64,000 nucleotides of DNA from a candidate division WOR-3 bacterium. GTDB taxonomy: Bacteria > Hydrothermota > Hydrothermia > B15-G9 > WFZT01. A program made the position numbers and the translations under genes. The notes beneath the pieces were generated by a model that searched no databases, was not told where the DNA came from, and saw only the letters and a list, made by a program, of their open reading frames with translations. Where the stretch lies: positions 32,001 through 96,000 of the forward strand of contig JALUEE010000078.1 in NCBI GenBank assembly GCA_027053075.1. Reading direction: 5' to 3'. Each line of letters opens with the position of its first letter. Within the stretch, counting starts at the first letter, position 1. Of the stretch, positions 58,777 to 64,000 are shown one piece after another.

Positions 58777-58914
58777 ATGTATAGAGTGCTATCACTGCAA
58801 AGAATGGGAACGAGAGTAATGAATGACGATAATGGCGGGTGTCACGGAAGCTGTATGAGTTATCTCTTCTGTTCAACTCTGAGTATAGGTTGTGGACGGG
58901 GACGTGGAAAGTAA
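58777..58914 (+). CDS. Class III lanthipeptide precursor A1, 45 aa (not in ORF track)
   Basis: AAGGAGGT RBS; MYRVLSLQRMGTRVMNDDNGGCHGSCMSYLFCSTLSIGCGRGRGK; VLSLQ leader, SCMSYLFC and STLSIGC motifs; directly upstream of lanKC. Confidence 0.9.
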   Translation: MYRVLSLQRMGTRVMNDDNGGCHGSCMSYLFCSTLSIGCGRGRGK

Positions 58915-58917
58915 AAA

Positions 58918-58954
58918 TATGGTGCCGAGCACCCTGCGGGTGCTCGGCACCATA
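58918..58954. terminator. 17-bp-stem hairpin between precursor A1 and lanKC
   Basis: TATGGTGCCGAGCACCC-TGC-GGGTGCTCGGCACCATA; no U-tract on the + strand. Confidence 0.7.
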
Positions 58955-58974
58955 AAAACCTGACTAAAGCTACC

Positions 58975-61575
58975 ATGTACGAACAGATTGACCTTTTTCA
59001 GTTTATTATTCTGAATAGTGATTTTTATATTCCTATTGACTATATTGAGTGCGGAGAAAATTACAAACAGATTGTTAAATCTCATCTAAAACTGGGATGG
59101 CATTTAGAAGATCAGGGTATCTGGACCTTCGTATTTAACGAAGCGAATGAGTTCCCCGAGCAGGGCTGGAAAATTCATATATCAGCTATTCCCCAAAATG
59201 CCGGAGAAATCCTGCAAAAGACAGTTCCAATCCTTGTTTCAAATAAGGTAAACTTCAAATTTGCCTGTAATGAATTTGTGCTAACTCTCTTGAACTCCAA
59301 AAATTGGAGTCGAGGAGGGAGTGGAAAGTTCATTACTATCTATCCCCCTGAGAGATTATTCAAGCCACTTATCCAGGAACTTTACAACGAATTACACAGT
59401 TATATGGGCCCCTATATTCTGTCAGATATGAGATATAGAGACGCTAAGGTGATTTACTATCGTTATGGTGGATTTCAGCCGATGGAAAAGTTGACGGTCG
59501 AGGGATACAAAATTTCGCTTATCAAAACTCCCGAAGGAGAATTCATACAGGACAATAGACCTCCATTCTATAATCCTCCACCATGGGTAAAAGACCCTTT
59601 TGGTCAAGAGCCCAGGTATGAGGAGAATATTCTCCTGAATAATAGGTATAAAGTCCTATTCCCCATCTCGTTTTCCAATTCAGGAGGTGTATATAAAGCA
59701 GTTGATACTTTTAATAATCAGGAGGTTATCCTTAAAGAGGCAAGGCCGTTTGTTAACCTTCAGGAGAATATATCCGCAAAGGACCTTCTTGAAAAAGAAT
59801 TTGAAATCCTCAAAAGAATCGAGGACCTTGGTATAGCTCCAAAACCGATTTCGTATTTTAAAGAATGGGAACATTTCTTCCTTGTTGAGGAATTTATTAA
59901 GGGGATGGATTTGAGAGAATATGTTGTCGTTAATTCTCCCATATTGAAAACCAATCCAGAGTTTGAAGACTACAAAAATTATTTCCGGTCGTATCGGAAG
60001 ATATTTCTTAATCTCATTGACTCTATCGAGAAATTGCACAGTAGGGGAATTATTTTCAGGGATCTATCACATAATAACATCATTATTCAGGATGACCTTA
60101 GTGTTAAGTTGATAGATTTTGAGAGTGCCTATCTGATGGGAAGTGACAGGTGGATTCAAATTTTCACTCCAGGGTTTGCCTCTCCCAACCAGATATTGAA
60201 TGAAATGCCAGAATTTTCTGACGATATCTATTCAATTGGTGAAAACATGATGGCCGCGATATTCCCCATAAATCAATTTTTCTCACTTGCTCCCGATGCA
60301 CGCGATAGATATTTGAAGGACATTATTGTTGATATGAATTTCCCAACAAAATTAAAGAAAATAATCAGTATCAGCACCAGTGGAGATGACCGCGTTGATT
60401 TGAGGTTTCTAAAATCCAGTTTGAGAAAACTTCGATTCCCTAAGCCTTTTAAAAGACAAACAAGCGTACTTACAGATGCAGAGATAAACAGGATAATAAA
60501 GGGTATAAGGAAGTACCTTTTCAATTCCAACAAGTGGGAAAGGGAATTGGGAGCTCCGTTTCCTCTTTACGCTGAAGCATACATGACAAATATTTACAGT
60601 GTTGCTTATGGTATTAGCGGGATTTTGCTGTCTATGCTGAAATGTGGCTTTTCACCACACAAAAAGCAACTTGAGTGGTTTGTAAATCAGGATTTTGATG
60701 AGAGAGACATTCCACCTGGCCTTTATATTGGGCTTAGTGGGATTGCATGGACACTTCTGGAATTAGGGCACGAAGAGCTTGGAATTAAAGTATTCGATAA
60801 AGCCTTATCCCATCCCCTTGTATCGGATTCAGTTGATATGTTTTACGGTATGGCAGGAATTGGAATCACCAGCCTTCAGTTTTATCACAAATTCAAGGAG
60901 GACATTTATCTTTCCCACGCGGTGCAACTTTCAGAGATGATTTCCAATAAGCTTGAGGAGGCTGACAATTCACTATATTTCAAGGGAACAGATGGTGATG
61001 TTCATTACGGATATGCACATGGTGCTTCAGGTGTCGCACTTTTCATGCTTTACTTATATTTAGCAACAAGAGATGAAAGATTTTTAAACCTATCTCAAAG
61101 GCTCATGGATTTTGACCTCTCTCATGCTGTTGATTACAAAGATGCAATTTCATGGCATCCATCTAAGGAGCACAGTTCCACTGTAATGCCATACGTAAAG
61201 TATGGAACCTCTGGAATTATTTCTGTGTTGCTCAGAATTAATCAGGTAACTCCTTTCAAGCAAGAATATATACACAAAGGTTTACAAGATATAACAAGAA
61301 AGTATGCCATATTCCCTGGACAACTTAATGGATTATCCGGAATGGGAGAGACTATAATCGACGCGATGCCTTTTAAGGGAAACCTTGATAACCATCTCCA
61401 AAGGCTAATAAAAGGTGTGTCTTTGTTTATGATAAAAAGACCCGAAGGCATCACTTTCCCTTCAGACGGACTATTTCGCATAAGCTGTGATTACGGTACA
61501 GGGTGCAGCGGAATTATGTCTTTTCTTTGCAGGACTATTAATAGGGATAAACGGTTGCTCTTTGATCTCGAATGA
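58975..61575 (+). CDS. lanKC: Class III lanthipeptide synthetase (lyase-kinase-cyclase)
   Basis: Lyase QGWKIHISA, RGGSGKFITIYP, GPYILSD, YYRYGGF; kinase SNSGGVY, LKEARP, FRDLSHNN, LIDFE; cyclase GxxG repeats without a recognisable Zn-ligand set; RISCDYGTG. Confidence 0.95.
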   Translation: MYEQIDLFQFIILNSDFYIPIDYIECGENYKQIVKSHLKLGWHLEDQGIWTFVFNEANEFPEQGWKIHISAIPQNAGEILQKTVPILVSNKVNFKFACNEFVLTLLNSKNWSRGGSGKFITIYPPERLFKPLIQELYNELHSYMGPYILSDMRYRDAKVIYYRYGGFQPMEKLTVEGYKISLIKTPEGEFIQDNRPPFYNPPPWVKDPFGQEPRYEENILLNNRYKVLFPISFSNSGGVYKAVDTFNNQEVILKEARPFVNLQENISAKDLLEKEFEILKRIEDLGIAPKPISYFKEWEHFFLVEEFIKGMDLREYVVVNSPILKTNPEFEDYKNYFRSYRKIFLNLIDSIEKLHSRGIIFRDLSHNNIIIQDDLSVKLIDFESAYLMGSDRWIQIFTPGFASPNQILNEMPEFSDDIYSIGENMMAAIFPINQFFSLAPDARDRYLKDIIVDMNFPTKLKKIISISTSGDDRVDLRFLKSSLRKLRFPKPFKRQTSVLTDAEINRIIKGIRKYLFNSNKWERELGAPFPLYAEAYMTNIYSVAYGISGILLSMLKCGFSPHKKQLEWFVNQDFDERDIPPGLYIGLSGIAWTLLELGHEELGIKVFDKALSHPLVSDSVDMFYGMAGIGITSLQFYHKFKEDIYLSHAVQLSEMISNKLEEADNSLYFKGTDGDVHYGYAHGASGVALFMLYLYLATRDERFLNLSQRLMDFDLSHAVDYKDAISWHPSKEHSSTVMPYVKYGTSGIISVLLRINQVTPFKQEYIHKGLQDITRKYAIFPGQLNGLSGMGETIIDAMPFKGNLDNHLQRLIKGVSLFMIKRPEGITFPSDGLFRISCDYGTGCSGIMSFLCRTINRDKRLLFDLE

Positions 61576-63080
61576 AAAGATTGTATAGCATAATAAAACC
61601 TTTTGAGAGAGGATTTTGGGGACTTGTCCTGTATTCTCTAATTTTAAACATCTTTACTCTTTCAAATCCTCTTGTCTTAAAGTTCATATTTGACGAGGGT
61701 ATCAAAGGGAAAAACCTTAGACTGTTTATTTTACTGGTTTCTATATTCATTTTTGTCTCGATATTCTGGAGAGTTTTAAATTACCATTACTCTTTGCTTC
61801 TGGAAAAATTCAAAATACGGGTTACAAAATACTGGCTTAAGAATACGATAAATGCTTTTCTAAAGAGGCCCTACAAAGAAATAATCACAAAAGATTCCGG
61901 ATATTATCTCTCGAGAATTTATGAAGAACCTGAATCACTGAGTAATGAGCTTGTTTCCGGTGCTATTGATGCTATAAATCTGGGGATTGGCTTGATTTTA
62001 TCCCTGGCACTCCTGTTGTATTTTTCTGTCTATGCTACCCTCATCCTTTTTCTGATTATTCCCGTGACATATTTTTTGTCCTCTTATTTTTCGCAAAAAA
62101 TTAAAGAATATACTGACAAGGAGCGAGAGAGTGAAGCTAAATTAAGAGAAACGATAACTGATGTAATACGGTCTGTTAAGTTTATAAAATCTTTCCAGTT
62201 TCATGATTTTATAGTCGGCAAGTTTATAGACAGATTGTCTAAATTCTTATCCATCTACTTAAAAAATTTCGAATATGCTACGGGTTTTGATACGCTAAGC
62301 TCTATATTTTTGTCTCTTTCTGAACTATCGGTGATTATAGTTAGTGGCTATTTAATGATAATCGATAAAATGACGTTTGGTAGCTTCATGGGATTTATGA
62401 ACACTTTCTGGGGGTTTATTGGTGCAGTCCAGAGATTTATAGGAATAATCCCGGAAATCGCTGGGGCAATGGCTATTTATGATAGGCTTGAAAACTTTAT
62501 AAACGTGCAAAATGGCCGAGCGGTGCAGTTTGGTGAAAAAATTATTTTGAAAAATGTAAGTTTCTCTTACGATGGGAAATCTCGGGTGTTAGACAATTTC
62601 TCACTGATTATTAATCCTGGTGAGAAAATCCTCATACTTGGAGAGAATGGCAGCGGAAAAACCACCCTTGCCAATATAATCTCTGGACTAATAATACCTG
62701 AGGGGCAGGTCACCCTTCTCAAGAAAGTAAGCTTGATGCCAGATAATCTCCCCTCATTAAGACTTCGCGAGTACGCTGTTCTGGACGAAAGAAATAAGTT
62801 TTTTGAGTTAATAAAGCTTTTTCAGTTAGAGGATTACCTTGATAAGACACCAGGGGAGCTCTCTATGGGCCAGAGGAAGAAGTTCACAATCACACTTACC
62901 CTTATAAGAGATGCTGATATCTATATTTTTGATGAGCCACTTGTAAATCTCGATAGTTTGAGTAAAAATTTAGCAATGGATTTGATTTTTGAAAATACTT
63001 ATCGCAAAACACTTATCATAATAAGCCACAATTCTATTAAGAATAGATTTGATAGGGTTATAAAACTTGAGAGGAGGTAA
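61572..63080 (+). CDS. ABC exporter, fused permease plus ATPase (LanT-like, no C39 peptidase domain)
   Basis: N-terminal TM domain; GENGSGKTT, LSMGQRKK, IFDEP, ISH; ATGA overlap with lanKC. Confidence 0.88.
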   Translation: MKRLYSIIKPFERGFWGLVLYSLILNIFTLSNPLVLKFIFDEGIKGKNLRLFILLVSIFIFVSIFWRVLNYHYSLLLEKFKIRVTKYWLKNTINAFLKRPYKEIITKDSGYYLSRIYEEPESLSNELVSGAIDAINLGIGLILSLALLLYFSVYATLILFLIIPVTYFLSSYFSQKIKEYTDKERESEAKLRETITDVIRSVKFIKSFQFHDFIVGKFIDRLSKFLSIYLKNFEYATGFDTLSSIFLSLSELSVIIVSGYLMIIDKMTFGSFMGFMNTFWGFIGAVQRFIGIIPEIAGAMAIYDRLENFINVQNGRAVQFGEKIILKNVSFSYDGKSRVLDNFSLIINPGEKILILGENGSGKTTLANIISGLIIPEGQVTLLKKVSLMPDNLPSLRLREYAVLDERNKFFELIKLFQLEDYLDKTPGELSMGQRKKFTITLTLIRDADIYIFDEPLVNLDSLSKNLAMDLIFENTYRKTLIIISHNSIKNRFDRVIKLERR

Positions 63081-63084
63081 AATT

Positions 63085-63264
63085 ATGTGGCAGGTCCTCA
63101 GTCTCCAGATTCTGGGGATGCAAAGCAAGGATAAAACAAAAGGGAAAAGTACCATGAGCTACTCTTTCTGCTCGCTCCTCAGTCTTGGATGTGAAACCAG
63201 CAAGAAAGGCAAAAAGAAACGCAGGATTAATTTAAAAAGTTCACTTAGTATAAAATGCGGATAG
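63085..63264 (+). CDS. Class III lanthipeptide precursor A2, 59 aa
   Basis: GAGGAGGT RBS; MWQVLSLQILGMQSKDKTKGKSTMSYSFCSLLSLGCETSKKGKKKRRINLKSSLSIKCG; VLSLQ leader and three SxxSx(2-3)C motifs. Confidence 0.88.
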   Translation: MWQVLSLQILGMQSKDKTKGKSTMSYSFCSLLSLGCETSKKGKKKRRINLKSSLSIKCG

Positions 63265-63274
63265 GGGGTGAAAA

Positions 63275-64000
63275 ATGAAGCTAATTCTTCTATATCTCCT
63301 TATAAACTATGGAGCTGTTAAAGGTAAGGTGCTCGAAAAGGGCACATCAAGGCCCGTTGAGTATGCAGTTGTCGTTGTCTTCGATAAAAGTGGTAAGCAG
63401 GCAGGTGGGACTTATGCGGATTCCACAGGTGAATTTTTGGTTGAGAGGTTAAAACCCGGGAAATACTATGCCACAGTGGATTTTATAGGCTACCAGAAGG
63501 CCCGAACTGACACGTTTACCATTAAGGATGGAGATGTGAAAGACCTCGGGGTTATTTATCTTTCACCCAGCTATATTAAAACTTCCCCGGTTAAGGCAAC
63601 GGCAAAAGCCCCAAGGGTTAGAAGAGAGGTTGACAGGACAATTGTCACCCCTTCACAGGATGTGATTTCATCAGGTGGGAATGCGAGTGATGTGTTACGA
63701 AATGTTCCTGGTGTCTCCGTTAGTATCACAGGTGAGGTCCTTATTAAAAACAGCAAAAATTACACAGTCCTTATCAACAATAAGCCCACATTACTCGAAC
63801 CTTCTCAGGTGTTGAAAGAAATTCCCGCATCCCAGATTGAAAGGATTGAGATAATAACCAATCCTTCTGCCGAGTATGACCCTGAGAGTAATGCTATCGT
63901 CAATATTGTGCTGAAAAAGTCCACATACAAGGTGGAGAACAGCTTTTCACTGAGATTCGGCACATTTTCTAATTATGGTGTGTCTTTCACTTTAGGTGCT
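63275..64000 (+). CDS. TonB-dependent receptor, 5' part (runs off window end; not in ORF track)
   Basis: Manual translation: GAVKGKVLEKGTSRPVEYAVV...GGNASDVLRNVPGVSV...LKEIPASQIERIEIITNPSAEYD...IVNIVLKK plug motifs. Confidence 0.88.
   Translation, partial: MKLILLYLLINYGAVKGKVLEKGTSRPVEYAVVVVFDKSGKQAGGTYADSTGEFLVERLKPGKYYATVDFIGYQKARTDTFTIKDGDVKDLGVIYLSPSYIKTSPVKATAKAPRVRREVDRTIVTPSQDVISSGGNASDVLRNVPGVSVSITGEVLIKNSKNYTVLINNKPTLLEPSQVLKEIPASQIERIEIITNPSAEYDPESNAIVNIVLKKSTYKVENSFSLRFGTFSNYGVSFTLGA

Noticed and set aside
1..64000. CRISPR array, rRNA, tRNA, integrase or transposase genes
   Set aside because: No regularly spaced repeat-spacer units, no recognisable structural RNA genes and no recombinase or transposase ORF seen; small ncRNAs cannot be excluded by eye.

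Overview
Bacterial chromosomal window from a diderm, probably thermophilic organism of the FCB superphylum. Type IX secretion (T9SS)-type C-terminal sorting domains, PorV, TonB systems and hldD point this way; a WOR-3/Hydrothermia-like lineage is my inference only. Most of 1-50 kb is housekeeping: TonB/ExbBD with a receptor, T9SS cargo and PorV; dprA-like, ppx, aroQ, aroK-aroB, purB, sppA, GH57, two galT-like genes, two acyl-CoA dehydrogenases, plsY, uvrC, a tricorn-like protease, hldD and fabH, plus a sigma-54 two-component regulon with a readable promoter and enhancer. Five accessory signals stand out. (1) A class III lanthipeptide cluster at about 50.5-64 kb: LanKC, two precursors with VLSLQ leaders and SxxSx(2-3)C motifs (one missed by the ORF track), exporters, TonB-dependent receptors, a sensor-less sigma-54 activator with matching palindromes and a -24/-12 promoter. 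(2) An archaeal-type six-gene operon at 32.7-35.7 kb with prefoldin alpha, an unannotated 55-aa mini prefoldin beta and a possible solo Csm5/RAMP-like protein. (3) A chlD-like chelatase gene split by a -1 slippery A9G site. (4) A dispersed family of GC-rich triloop hairpins and MITE-like elements, two lying in-frame inside genes (aroB and a receptor-like gene). (5) Widespread apparent leaderless gene starts. No rRNA, tRNA, CRISPR array or transposase was recognised.
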